Source: an uncultured virus (IMG/VR IMGVR_UViG_3300046516_000137) (taxonomy: Duplodnaviria > Heunggongvirae > Uroviricota > Caudoviricetes). From it: a stretch of DNA of 64,000 bases. The stretch lies in the IMG/VR virus record IMGVR_UViG_3300046516_000137; one strand, given 5' to 3'. Under the pieces are notes generated by a model. The model was not told the origin of the DNA. It made no database searches and saw nothing but the letters and a program-made list of their open reading frames with translations. Every line of letters begins with the position of its first letter. Within the stretch, counting starts at the first letter, position 1. Of this stretch, positions 40,916 through 49,857 are shown piece after piece. A program made the translations under genes and the position numbers.

Positions 40916-42490
40916 CTAACTACGTCTTCTATCATAGAAAACGTTGTTGCTGATCTCTATCTCCTCGCTCACTGACTCTGGAATAACACTCAGGGCAATA
41001 GCCAAGGAGTCGCAGTAGTCATCATGAGCATTGGCTTCCTTGGGTGCTTCAGCCAGCATATAGGGTCCTTCAAACTTCACCTGAAGGTCAGACATCTGCT
41101 GAACAAAGTTTCTATATGTACGAAGACTTCTGGTCTTAGCATGGGCTGGCCAACCGATCTTTCCACGATCTATCATCTCTCGCAGATACTTCCAGCGATC
41201 TGACTGTGCAGGACGCATAGAAGATACATCGATAATATCTATATGAGGCAATAATACTCTTAATCTGGAAATGAATAGATCACCCATACCACCAGAGTCC
41301 ACACCGATAGCCCACACATTGTATTTGGATACGAATTCCACAATACGATGATACTGTGCTTCCCAGTCCTGTCCCTGTAAGTCAAGCCAGTTCAGTACTC
41401 TTGCATTGAAGTATCCGAATTCATCACGTCTTTCCCAGTCCACGAAGACAGCAGTAACAATAGTGCTGTCAATCTTTCGTGCGGGATCAATTCCAATGAT
41501 GACTGGAGTAGTGTAATAAGCCTTGACAGTCTCCATAGACTTGTCCCCCAGTTCCTCCAATCTCTCGGAGGTGGTGAACATTCCCTGGGAAAGAAGCCAC
41601 ATGAGACGATAGGACAGCTTGAACTCGTCTGAGTCGTAACCCATACGAAGCATGTCACCGGCTACGTGCTTCTCATACTTACTGTTCCACTTTCCTACTT
41701 CTCTAAAGTCTGCTTCAAAATGATTCATTCTGGCAGCACGCTTCACACCGTTGCGCTTGTTCATAGAGATTTCTCTATAGAAGACACCCTTCTCATAAGT
41801 AGGTGTGCCTGTCATAACAAAGGTTCCACGAGTAGACGCCAGCATAGGACGAATAGACTTGTCCACAACCTTCTGATCAGCTACCTGCGCCTCATCAAGC
41901 AGAGCAATGTGATAAGTCTTTCCTTCAATAGAAGCTCTTGGGTGAGCAGTCTGGCGACGTACAAGAGAGCCGCACTTCTCTAACTTAATCTCAGCACCAC
42001 GACCCTTTATCTGTTCGCCCAGATCGTTGAGGATACCCTGTGCTCTTTCAGAGGTAAGCATGGAGACTATTCGAGAGAACAGGGTCTTGGCCATATCGTC
42101 AACTGGTGCGAATGCTCCTACCCAGACTCCTTCCTTGAAGGAATCCAGCAGAGTATTGAAAGGGTCTACTTTGGCCAGTCTGGGAAGCATGATCATAAGA
42201 GTAGCAATTGTTGCTGATACTGTTTCCGTCTTACCGCTCTGTCTACTGAAGAGAGCAGTGATGGTGGCTCCGTCATTGATGATTACTGATTCCATGAGAC
42301 GTGCAGCAAAAGGTCTTTGATAACCGTATAGTGGGTGCCCGGATAGTTGATCAGCAAACACCATAAGACGTTCTACTACTGCATCCACAAATGCTTGGGA
42401 TTGCGGGTCCAGTTCTATCTTGGTAGCTTCTAGCGCTTCTCGTTCTTCGGCACTCAGTTCATCCAAGTACTCTTCTTGCAGAATAGTCAT
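40916..42490 (-). CDS. terL: terminase large subunit
   Basis: SRQSGKT, LLDEAQ, TGTP, GIDPAR, HDDYCDS. Confidence 0.95.
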   Translation of the reverse strand: MTILQEEYLDELSAEEREALEATKIELDPQSQAFVDAVVERLMVFADQLSGHPLYGYQRPFAARLMESVIINDGATITALFSRQSGKTETVSATIATLMIMLPRLAKVDPFNTLLDSFKEGVWVGAFAPVDDMAKTLFSRIVSMLTSERAQGILNDLGEQIKGRGAEIKLEKCGSLVRRQTAHPRASIEGKTYHIALLDEAQVADQKVVDKSIRPMLASTRGTFVMTGTPTYEKGVFYREISMNKRNGVKRAARMNHFEADFREVGKWNSKYEKHVAGDMLRMGYDSDEFKLSYRLMWLLSQGMFTTSERLEELGDKSMETVKAYYTTPVIIGIDPARKIDSTIVTAVFVDWERRDEFGYFNARVLNWLDLQGQDWEAQYHRIVEFVSKYNVWAIGVDSGGMGDLFISRLRVLLPHIDIIDVSSMRPAQSDRWKYLREMIDRGKIGWPAHAKTRSLRTYRNFVQQMSDLQVKFEGPYMLAEAPKEANAHDDYCDSLAIALSVIPESVSEEIEISNNVFYDRRRS

Positions 42491-42563
42491 ATAGTTCTCC
42501 TGATTAGTTTCTCGTAATTACATTTTACCTGAGTTGACAAACCAAGAGGTACGGATGTAGAGT

Positions 42564-42851
42564 TTGAGTACCACACCAACTAAGGAGATACTGATGGAAG
42601 ATCCGAACGTGTTTGACCAGATGAGTCATCACGGAAGCCACTTTGAAGAATTTGTCCGTCCAGCCGTAGCAGCCGGTATCGGATACTGGATTGGACACAA
42701 GCTCTCTAAGACACGTCTTGGACATAGGTTTGAGAACAGTACCTTTGTAGGCTACGTTCTTTCTCTGGCACTGATCGGAATCGGTGGATATGTTCTGTAC
42801 TGTGCTGGTATTTTTGTATGGATGCTGCTTAAGATTCTTGTTGCGGGCTAA
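42564..42851 (+). CDS. small membrane protein on the opposite strand
   Basis: TTGACA-18-TAGAGT promoter at 42534-42563; two hydrophobic segments; internal RBS AAGGAG before ATG ~42594. Confidence 0.6.
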   Translation: MSTTPTKEILMEDPNVFDQMSHHGSHFEEFVRPAVAAGIGYWIGHKLSKTRLGHRFENSTFVGYVLSLALIGIGGYVLYCAGIFVWMLLKILVAG

Positions 42852-43104
42852 TTCTCTCTTCCAGTGCTTGCATAGCCGCAAGAAGAGATACTGCTCCAAG
42901 ACGGATATCTTCAATGTAGATATGAGCCTGATCCTTGCTCGTTGAGGACAGGCTCTTTCTCATTTCCGAAACGTCCCTGCCAATACCTGTATGGATATTG
43001 TCTATCCAACGAATGAGTTCCTGGTCTCCAGTATTTCTCAACCTGTTGAGTACTCTCCCACGTACCTTTGGGTCAGGCTGCTTTACCCTTCTGAATAATG
43101 TCAT
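42829..43104 (-). CDS. hypothetical protein (terminase small subunit candidate)
   Basis: Helical; upstream of terL. Confidence 0.6.
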   Translation of the reverse strand: MTLFRRVKQPDPKVRGRVLNRLRNTGDQELIRWIDNIHTGIGRDVSEMRKSLSSTSKDQAHIYIEDIRLGAVSLLAAMQALEERISPQQES

Positions 43105-43454
43105 AGGTCCAATACTTCCACGAGTAGTTGTTGTTGCTCTGCCGAGAACTGCTTCTTTATAAGGTTCCTGCGAATGTGTGTCTTCTCCGCCTCAGAGAAC
43201 TCCGCATGGTCCATCTTACGGCCCTCCATGGCATCTATAAGAGCCTGTTCCTCTGTGCGCCCAGTATTCCTCCACCAGCCCACTGTAAGGCCCTTAGAAG
43301 ACCACGGGAGGCGCACTATGACGGAGTTGGACCATCTGTAGGGTTCGTCTACTTCATGCGTCGGATATCTGTGTATCAGCGAAGACTTCTTCTTCAAAGA
43401 AATGCTATGAAAGAACAGTCTCCATATTTCGTGTGTTTCTACATTGATTGACAC
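43101..43454 (-). CDS. hypothetical protein
   Basis: Operon packing. Confidence 0.6.
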   Translation of the reverse strand: MSINVETHEIWRLFFHSISLKKKSSLIHRYPTHEVDEPYRWSNSVIVRLPWSSKGLTVGWWRNTGRTEEQALIDAMEGRKMDHAEFSEAEKTHIRRNLIKKQFSAEQQQLLVEVLDL

Positions 43455-43456
43455 TT

Positions 43457-43939
43457 CTACGTAATACCTCTTGAGTAGGGGAATGAGTTAAGTCTTGAGT
43501 TTATAAATCTACCAGGTGACTGGGCACGCTGGAACTGCCACCATACAGAAGGTGGAACATTGTAATAAGTGTAGTATTCTCCATTACGGAATTTGATACG
43601 TAGAGCCTGACTTCTCTCGTCATATCCAGCAGCCAGAGTTCTTGGTCTACCGGGATCGATAGTAGGCGTAGGTTGATACGGCAACAGAGCTTCGTCGTCA
43701 CCATTGATAGCCATGATGATTTCACTGGCTAATGTCTGGTCTACCAGCTTACCTGCTTGTGCACGGACCTGGTTTATATCCAGAAAAGAGCGTGGAGAAT
43801 TAACTCCTGGTACAGGTCCGATACTATCACGTGGATTATATCTGTTCTGTCCCAGGAATTCTTCATCCCATGCACTTCTACGTGTACTGGTTGTTCTTGA
43901 TATCGGCTGTATTCTAGCAGCCGCTTTACGTCTCACCAT
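43457..43939 (-). CDS. KTSC-domain protein
   Basis: GYDE...LRIKFRNGEYYTYYNVP...F..AQSPGRFIN. Confidence 0.85.
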   Translation of the reverse strand: MVRRKAAARIQPISRTTSTRRSAWDEEFLGQNRYNPRDSIGPVPGVNSPRSFLDINQVRAQAGKLVDQTLASEIIMAINGDDEALLPYQPTPTIDPGRPRTLAAGYDERSQALRIKFRNGEYYTYYNVPPSVWWQFQRAQSPGRFINSRLNSFPYSRGIT

Positions 43940-44004
43940 TATTTCTCCTAAACACAGAAAGACCCTTCAAGTATAAGGATACCTGAAGGGTCTTTCTTAT
44001 GGAA

Positions 44005-44301
44005 TTATTCGCTATCTGGATCTGCATAGTAACTGCGGAATGACTCATGGGTCATGTTTGAAGCAAGTACCTGTGCAGGAGTAAGACCTGATCTGGTGCC
44101 TCTGAACTGTGGAGGTTCATTATCAGATTCCTCTACCCACAGACCATGCTGATTACGATACTGCTCAGGATCAATTCCAGCAAGACGCTGAATATTGGGA
44201 TCAGGAAGCTGGTCCTCAGTAAAAGTATTACCGGGAACACCCTCTGATTCAGTCCATCCGTGCTGTGACTGTGCTGTCCAGCCATGGTTATGATCTGTCA
44301 T
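44005..44301 (-). CDS. hypothetical protein
   Basis: Operon packing. Confidence 0.6.
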   Translation of the reverse strand: MTDHNHGWTAQSQHGWTESEGVPGNTFTEDQLPDPNIQRLAGIDPEQYRNQHGLWVEESDNEPPQFRGTRSGLTPAQVLASNMTHESFRSYYADPDSE

Positions 44302-44303
44302 TG

Positions 44304-44522
44304 TTATCCTCTTTGTTGAACTGTCCAGCCAGGATCGAAATCCTCTGGTCGGTCATGGGGACAGTCAGGACCCGCATAGACATGCTTTCCATCGACATAG
44401 ACACAACGGTCTACCTCCATAGGAAGATGCCAAGGAGCAGACTGTCCTCCGTGGGCTGACCAGCTTTCTTCCTGCCAGGCAGCACCTTCATCATACACTG
44501 GGTGATTAAACTCAATAGACAT
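44304..44522 (-). CDS. hypothetical protein
   Basis: Operon packing. Confidence 0.55.
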   Translation of the reverse strand: MSIEFNHPVYDEGAAWQEESWSAHGGQSAPWHLPMEVDRCVYVDGKHVYAGPDCPHDRPEDFDPGWTVQQRG

Positions 44523-44940
44523 CGAAAACTTCGCTCATATCTGGAGGTGAGTAGGTTGGTGGTTTGATTACCTTACCAAACTCATTGTAGTGCACTTGAC
44601 CATCGGGCCACAACTTGTCCATATTTGACTGGTGGACGATACTGAATGCTGTTTCCAGATCAATATGAAGTTCTTCAGCAGCACCATAGACTACATAGAG
44701 TAGATCAGCCAATTCCTTAGCCAGATGCTCCATGTTATCTGCGGCTGTATGAACAGAACCAGGAAAAGCTATGTCACGCTTTACATCCATTAGGGCATCT
44801 ATTACCTCATTGAACTCTTCCTGTATAAGCTGACGACGTTTGTTAATTAGGGAAACAGACAATTCCCTGTCATACCTAGACTCTTTATCAGGATCGAACT
44901 TGTCGTGAAACTCTTTGAGAGACTTCATCGGACTATACAT
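44512..44940 (-). CDS. MazG/PRA-PH-like NTP pyrophosphohydrolase
   Basis: LIQEEFNE, KELADLLYVVYG, VHQSNMDK, GKVIKP. Confidence 0.88.
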   Translation of the reverse strand: MYSPMKSLKEFHDKFDPDKESRYDRELSVSLINKRRQLIQEEFNEVIDALMDVKRDIAFPGSVHTAADNMEHLAKELADLLYVVYGAAEELHIDLETAFSIVHQSNMDKLWPDGQVHYNEFGKVIKPPTYSPPDMSEVFDVY

Positions 44941-46022
44941 TAATACTGTACCCCATTTACACTGAAACAACCATCCTGAACAGTGACAAGACGTGGGTAA
45001 ACACGCTGTCCGTAAACCTCAAGAATTCCGAATGCCTGCTGCCAGTTAGCCGCAACACCCTTCTTCTTAAGATAGTCAGCCTTAGTCAGATCCATGAAGT
45101 GACCAACCTCAAGACCAGTCAGAGTATTGCGAATCTGGCCGTTGTAGCCAGTAGACTCAGAAGTCATACCAGCACGGTGGGTGTGACCACAGACAGTAGA
45201 GACTCCGAACTTGTTCTTGGCCAGACCGAATGCTGTCTTACCAGCAGAAGGACTGAGAGAACCTTCATCACCATGAGCCATAACCCAACCTGGTGCAAGC
45301 TCTACAACCTCATCACGGATAAACTCTACATCGTACTTATTGAAATGCATAAGAGTTTCAAGACTGAGTTCATCGTCCATAAAGGACGCCAGACCTGGTG
45401 CACAGTTCTCAATGTACAGTTCCAAGCGGTCATCATGGTTGGAACGAACAATACGGAACCGACCATCAAAAACCTCACGAATGTCTGCGAGAATTCCTCG
45501 GGCAGTCTTAAATCCTCCACTGAGATCACCAGCAAATTCTGGCTTCTTTCCGCGAACCCAACGACTGATCTCAGTAGAGTCAGTGAAGTCACCGACCTGT
45601 GCAATCTCAGTAGGCTGGAAATCCTTGATGAACTGAATGAACTTGTCCACCAGAGCTACATCATGGAGAGGAGCCTGCACATCTGGCATGACCACAATGG
45701 TCTTAGGCTTTTCCTTGTAAGGAAGGAAAGTAACAGTGGAACCTACTGGCTTGGTGTCAGTAGTAGTAAAAGTAGGAAACGGCTTTACCTTAGGCTCAAA
45801 CGGATTAGAAAGGTCAACATAGTTCACTACGGGAGGAGTCTCTTGGATCTGCATCTTCTCACGGTAACTGCGAACCAGACTATCAGACACTATGTATTCC
45901 GTCTGTGCGAATATCTGCTTTACTGCATTCCTGCGGCCCAGAAGAGTATCCTCCAGAATTTCCCTGACCAGGTCATCCTCATCCGCAAGATCCTGAAGCA
46001 CTGCCAAACTCTTGATCTGCAT
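44940..46022 (-). CDS. calcineurin-like metallophosphoesterase
   Basis: PDVQ, GDFTD, SNHD, AHG, GHTH. Confidence 0.88.
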   Translation of the reverse strand: MQIKSLAVLQDLADEDDLVREILEDTLLGRRNAVKQIFAQTEYIVSDSLVRSYREKMQIQETPPVVNYVDLSNPFEPKVKPFPTFTTTDTKPVGSTVTFLPYKEKPKTIVVMPDVQAPLHDVALVDKFIQFIKDFQPTEIAQVGDFTDSTEISRWVRGKKPEFAGDLSGGFKTARGILADIREVFDGRFRIVRSNHDDRLELYIENCAPGLASFMDDELSLETLMHFNKYDVEFIRDEVVELAPGWVMAHGDEGSLSPSAGKTAFGLAKNKFGVSTVCGHTHRAGMTSESTGYNGQIRNTLTGLEVGHFMDLTKADYLKKKGVAANWQQAFGILEVYGQRVYPRLVTVQDGCFSVNGVQY

Positions 46023-46096
46023 ACTGCCTCCTTATAGAAAAAGATCCATGTGGTATGGACGTTGAGGTACATCCTACACCACATGGATCAATACGT

Positions 46097-46498
46097 CTAC
46101 TTCTTCGGTACCAGCAACTCCACCAAAGCTATTCCCAGAGGGATCATAACCATAGAGACCAGCCATCTGAACTGTGATTTCTTGGCGTCAATGTATTCCT
46201 TGATGGATCTGTTACGTTCTTCTGTCTCTCTTGTCAGAGCAGTCTGTACTTCGTGTTTCAGTGTGGCAAAGGACTCACGCAGTTCTCTGTGAATAGTTTG
46301 CAGATCTGTTTCGTTGTCGTCAATCTTTTCAGACAAATTGGCGAACTTCAGATCATCAACTCTTCTGTCAGCGTGATATTCGGTTAAGGTCAGTAGCTTG
46401 TCCAGGCGGTTGGAGAAGTCGTTGAATCGAGTTTGCACGCCATCAAGCTCTCTCGTAACCGCCCCGGACCAAGCTTGTGGTTCTGGCTGTGTAGTCAT
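46097..46498 (-). CDS. coiled-coil protein with C-terminal transmembrane helix
   Basis: C-terminal WLVSMVMIPLGIALVELLV. Confidence 0.7.
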   Translation of the reverse strand: MTTQPEPQAWSGAVTRELDGVQTRFNDFSNRLDKLLTLTEYHADRRVDDLKFANLSEKIDDNETDLQTIHRELRESFATLKHEVQTALTRETEERNRSIKEYIDAKKSQFRWLVSMVMIPLGIALVELLVPKK

Positions 46499-46655
46499 AG
46501 TCAACTCACTTGGGGCTCGTATGGATATGTATAGATGTTCCAGCCACATTATCCGTTAATTCTACGAGTATTGCCCCAAAGTGTACAACAAGTGGTCTAG
46601 TATCATCTCAATTAAGGATAACACTAGACCACTCCTGTTTGTAGACTACCTACAG

Positions 46656-47708
46656 TTACTCTGCTTCTGGCCGTACTAAATCCCATACCTTATTGGCAAT
46701 ATCCTTGTTATCCAGTAATGCGAATAAAAGACCTGCATTAGGACTGTCCTTTACATAAAGAGCGAAATCCTTACGTGTGGCAACTCCCTGAAAGTAAAGC
46801 TCTACTGCATGAAACTCTGCACTGATCATAGTATAGGTATCCCAGTAGGCATCAAAGATTACCTGGTAAGTAGAGCGTAACCACTCATGCCATTCATCAG
46901 GAACGATACTGCATAGTTCCTCTAAGGTCTTGCCTTCCTTCATGTTCTCCCAGATCCGACGCTTTGTCAAACCCGTCACGATCTTGTGTAAAAGTACGTA
47001 GTCCTCTTGCTTCAGCTTGATCCTGTAGTCCAGATCGGGGAAGCAGATGACGTAGCCTTCTGCATTGGGTCTAGGAGCGGCTTCTATGGCCTCTCTGAGC
47101 GTCTTGTAGGGGAAGGTAGTGGTCTTGGGACCATACCACTCTTCTACGTCCTTAGCGGGGCGTATAGAGCCTGTTATGGCGTTACGTGCAGCCAAGAGAA
47201 CCAGGTCTTCACGATCCCCATAATTCAGAACGATACGGTTACCTGGATAGATGATCTCTACCAGGTAAGTCTCCTCATGCCACAGATCAAGTTTGTAACC
47301 CTTGTGAGCAGTATTCAAAAACTTGGTTGCCCAGATTGCCTGGTCTGAAACAAAGGAACCACGGGTAGCTACATACCAGTTGTTATGGTACTCAAAGACG
47401 ATACCTAGTGAACCGTCCATCTTGTCAGTTACTTCAACTCGGTAGCTATCCAGTAGACAGTTGTCATCAGGATCTTGTCCGTAATTCAGGAACTTGTCAA
47501 AAGGACGGGCAACAATATTCAACTTGTTGTCAATAATGAGACCACGACACTGTCTGGTTACCTTATTCCACTCATTGTCAAACTGAGCCTTCTCTGTATA
47601 GTTCACGATACTAATCGGTAAAGTGGGGTGCTTATTAACCCTAATATACTTGTCAATTAGCATCTTCCGATAGAGACTCATCGGCATCAGTCCTGAAAGC
47701 TTCGTCAT
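46656..47708 (-). CDS. RNA ligase (T4 Rnl1-like)
   Basis: CRGLI, ARPFDKF, motif I KMDGSL, TRGSF, EGYV, RIKLK. Confidence 0.92.
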   Translation of the reverse strand: MTKLSGLMPMSLYRKMLIDKYIRVNKHPTLPISIVNYTEKAQFDNEWNKVTRQCRGLIIDNKLNIVARPFDKFLNYGQDPDDNCLLDSYRVEVTDKMDGSLGIVFEYHNNWYVATRGSFVSDQAIWATKFLNTAHKGYKLDLWHEETYLVEIIYPGNRIVLNYGDREDLVLLAARNAITGSIRPAKDVEEWYGPKTTTFPYKTLREAIEAAPRPNAEGYVICFPDLDYRIKLKQEDYVLLHKIVTGLTKRRIWENMKEGKTLEELCSIVPDEWHEWLRSTYQVIFDAYWDTYTMISAEFHAVELYFQGVATRKDFALYVKDSPNAGLLFALLDNKDIANKVWDLVRPEAE

Positions 47709-47895
47709 ACTCCTTCTCCAGTTCTATTACAGCTTCACAGTTGCATCCACACTGTCCTTCAGGAAGTGGTGGAGTAAATTCAGGATGGCCTTCCCATTCG
47801 TCGTCACTGTCCCACCATACATGGGGCTCAAGATTGTGGTGACCAAATTTGCAGCCCCAACAAGTCGAGTAGCAAACAATGATTCCGTTAGTCAT
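47653..47895 (-). CDS. Cys-rich hypothetical protein
   Basis: CWGC...HH...CGCNC. Confidence 0.55.
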   Translation of the reverse strand: MTNGIIVCYSTCWGCKFGHHNLEPHVWWDSDDEWEGHPEFTPPLPEGQCGCNCEAVIELEKEYDEAFRTDADESLSEDAN

Positions 47896-48030
47896 TACAA
47901 TCCTTAAGGTAGTCCTTGTAAGGTCCGTTGCCCTTCAGATTACTGCACCATCCTTTTCCATCACAAGGATGAGAAGGACCATCGGGACAGTCACAGGTAA
48001 TAGGGTTTCCATCCTTGTCTCGTGCAATCA

Positions 48031-48150
48031 TCAGATATCCTCCTTCATTGCGTTGATCAGCTTCTTGGCTTGCTCAAAGTCATGCCGCGTAAGCAGCCGG
48101 TTCAACAGGTTCAATAGCTCCTCACGTGGAGGAAGATTCGTTGTCTTCAT
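48031..48150 (-). CDS. small leaderless ORF (MKTTNLPP...)
   Basis: ATG 7 nt after a -10 box. Confidence 0.5.
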   Translation of the reverse strand: MKTTNLPPREELLNLLNRLLTRHDFEQAKKLINAMKEDI

Positions 48151-48157
48151 GTGGTAC

Positions 48158-48186
48158 ATCCTAGGATATAAAAAATGCTCTGTCAA
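48158..48186 (-). promoter_or_regulatory. sigma70-type promoter
   Basis: TTGACA-17-TAGGAT. Confidence 0.7.
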
Positions 48187-48215
48187 GCCGAAGCTAAACA
48201 GAGCATTTAGTGGAG

Positions 48216-48299
48216 TGGATGCCGAGGGACTTGAACCCCCAGACCCCGAAGGGAGCAAATTTACAGTCTGCGACGCTACCAATTACGCTTTAGACATCC
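48216..48299 (-). tRNA. tRNA-Tyr(GTA)
   Basis: Cloverleaf; loop CTGTAAA; long variable arm. Confidence 0.9.
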
Positions 48300-48403
48300 A
48301 TTGGTACCCGAGCCAATCCCTGTCCTTCCTCATTATATAGAGGCGACTAGAGCATCGAATACATTCGCTACGCGGTGGATTTTTATTTACGTAGGACCGT
48401 AAG

Positions 48404-48476
48404 AGGGAAGGACGGGGCTCGAACCCGTAGCCACTGGGGTCACATCCCAGTAATCTGCCAATTGATATACCAACCC
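48404..48476 (-). tRNA. tRNA-His(GTG)
   Basis: Loop ATGTGAC; two acceptor-stem mismatches. Confidence 0.8.
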
Positions 48477-48512
48477 AAAGCTAGTTTACACTAGCGACGT
48501 TCTTACTGCAAG

Positions 48513-48584
48513 TACGAGTACCAAGAGTTGAACTTGGGACTAGACTTTATCAGAGTCTCGTGATAACCGTTTCACCACACTCGC
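48513..48584 (-). tRNA. tRNA-Ile(GAT)
   Basis: Loop CTGATAA. Confidence 0.9.
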
Positions 48585-48585
48585 A

Positions 48586-48894
48586 TTATTCAAGACCAGA
48601 TATTATTTCCTTTATGAATACCTTAGGCTTAGCGCCTACGACATACTTAATGATACTGCCCTTGTGGAACAAAAGCATAGTGGGTATAGATGAGATATCG
48701 TATCTCTTTGTCAGTTCTGGATTCTCATCCGCATTGACCTTTACTACATCTAGCCAGTCGTTCTCTTCTGCTACTGATTCTAGCACAGGAGCCATCATCT
48801 TGCAAGGGTTGCACCAGGTGGCCCAGAACTCTACAAAAACTGGCTTCTCAGATTCAAGTACCTCTGAGAATGTATCAGTAGTAATATCTCTCAC
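48586..48894 (-). CDS. trxA: thioredoxin
   Basis: FWATWCNPCK, ISSIPT. Confidence 0.92.
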   Translation of the reverse strand: MRDITTDTFSEVLESEKPVFVEFWATWCNPCKMMAPVLESVAEENDWLDVVKVNADENPELTKRYDISSIPTMLLFHKGSIIKYVVGAKPKVFIKEIISGLE

Positions 48895-48918
48895 TATTCC
48901 CTCTTTCTTTTATTCACG

Positions 48919-48993
48919 TATCCCAGGCAGGGCTCGAACCTGCATATCTCCTGTATATAAGACAGGGGCCGTCACCAATTTGGCTACTGGGAC
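48919..48993 (-). tRNA. tRNA-Ile(TAT)
   Basis: Stem CCTGT/ACAGG, loop CTTATAT. Confidence 0.85.
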
Positions 48994-49083
48994 ATTACAT
49001 GCATTTAGTTGGCAGCCATCTCCCACTACAGGCGGTACTGTGTTGCTATCCCTTAGCCAACGGGGTTATGCATGAACCATACG

Positions 49084-49166
49084 TGGAAGATAAAGGAATC
49101 GAACCCTCAGGCTTTCACACCTGGCACGGTTTTCAAGGCCGTTTCGCACCCTGTGCGCTATCTTCC
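49084..49166 (-). tRNA. tRNA-Ser(TGA)
   Basis: Loop CTTGAAA; long variable arm. Confidence 0.88.
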
Positions 49167-49170
49167 AAAG

Positions 49171-49254
49171 CGGTAGATGTGAGAATCGAACTCACTGGGC
49201 CTTTATAGCCCTACTATATTTCCAGTATAGCTGCTCACCGGCTGCATATCTACC
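49171..49254 (-). tRNA. tRNA-Ser(GGA)
   Basis: Loop CTGGAAA; long arm. Confidence 0.85.
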
Positions 49255-49261
49255 ATTGGTG

Positions 49262-49341
49262 CGGAAGGCAGAGTACTCGAAACTCCAGCCGTTAAACTGA
49301 ACGGATTAGCAATCCGTCTGCCCACCTCGGGCTTACCTTCC
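49262..49341 (-). tRNA. tRNA-Ser(GCT)
   Basis: Loop TTGCTAA; long arm. Confidence 0.85.
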
Positions 49342-49345
49342 AGAG

Positions 49346-49422
49346 AGCGCATAGGGAGAGTCGAACTCCTAAGTAGCAGTTTTGCAGACTGCCCCCGCGC
49401 CCTGCGAGTTAACTCTACGCGC
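49346..49422 (-). tRNA. tRNA-Cys(GCA)
   Basis: Loop CTGCAAA; U73; irregular D region. Confidence 0.8.
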
Positions 49423-49423
49423 A

Positions 49424-49597
49424 TTAATCAATAATCACAACTTCACTGTAGCTAAGACGATATGTCTTAATCTTATCCCCATCCATCTTGGCAGTACACC
49501 AAGTTGCTTCACTCCGGGTAATTCTGCCTTCTTTACCGAATGCGTTACTACGAGGGTTCGTAACCTTGATCCTAGTACCTTCTTTGTTCTTACCCAC
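49424..49597 (-). CDS. 57-aa SH3/KOW-like micro-protein
   Basis: GTG start with RBS GGAGG; GTRIKVTNPRSNAFGKEGRI. Confidence 0.6.
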   Translation of the reverse strand: MGKNKEGTRIKVTNPRSNAFGKEGRITRSEATWCTAKMDGDKIKTYRLSYSEVVIID

Positions 49598-49612
49598 AGT
49601 TTGCCTCCGTGT

Positions 49613-49756
49613 TTAAAGAAACTCTACTTCGGACTTCTTGTAGTAAAGCGTATCCTTGCCTATCTTAACAAGAACTTGGTCATCCAGCAAATGGACAACT
49701 ACGCCTCTCTTGCCCGCATTCTTACCCACAAGAATAAGGACATGTCTGTCAGCCAC
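49613..49756 (-). CDS. 47-aa KOW-motif micro-protein
   Basis: GTG start with RBS AAGGAG; VLILVGKNAGKRGVV. Confidence 0.65.
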   Translation of the reverse strand: MADRHVLILVGKNAGKRGVVVHLLDDQVLVKIGKDTLYYKKSEVEFL

Positions 49757-49778
49757 TATATTTCTCCTTGTTTGAAAG

Positions 49779-49857
49779 TGGAGATAGGGGGAGTCGAACC
49801 CCCGCTCCTAGCTATTCCGCGTGCGGTTTCAAAGCTAGTCGAATCCAGATAATCCCC
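49779..49857 (-). ncRNA. minimal tmRNA-like RNA (tRNA-like domain only)
   Basis: 5' GGGGATTATCTGGATTCGAC matches the tmRNA 5' signature; P2 CTAGCT/AGCTAG; T arm GGGGG-TTCGACT-CCCCC; G3.U70 and A73. Confidence 0.75.

Noticed and set aside
40916..42490. Intein in the terminase (also checked DnaB)
   Set aside because: Normal protein lengths and no splice-junction motifs.
45099..46037. 312-aa plus-strand ORF
   Set aside because: Antisense shadow of the metallophosphoesterase; no motifs and no RBS.
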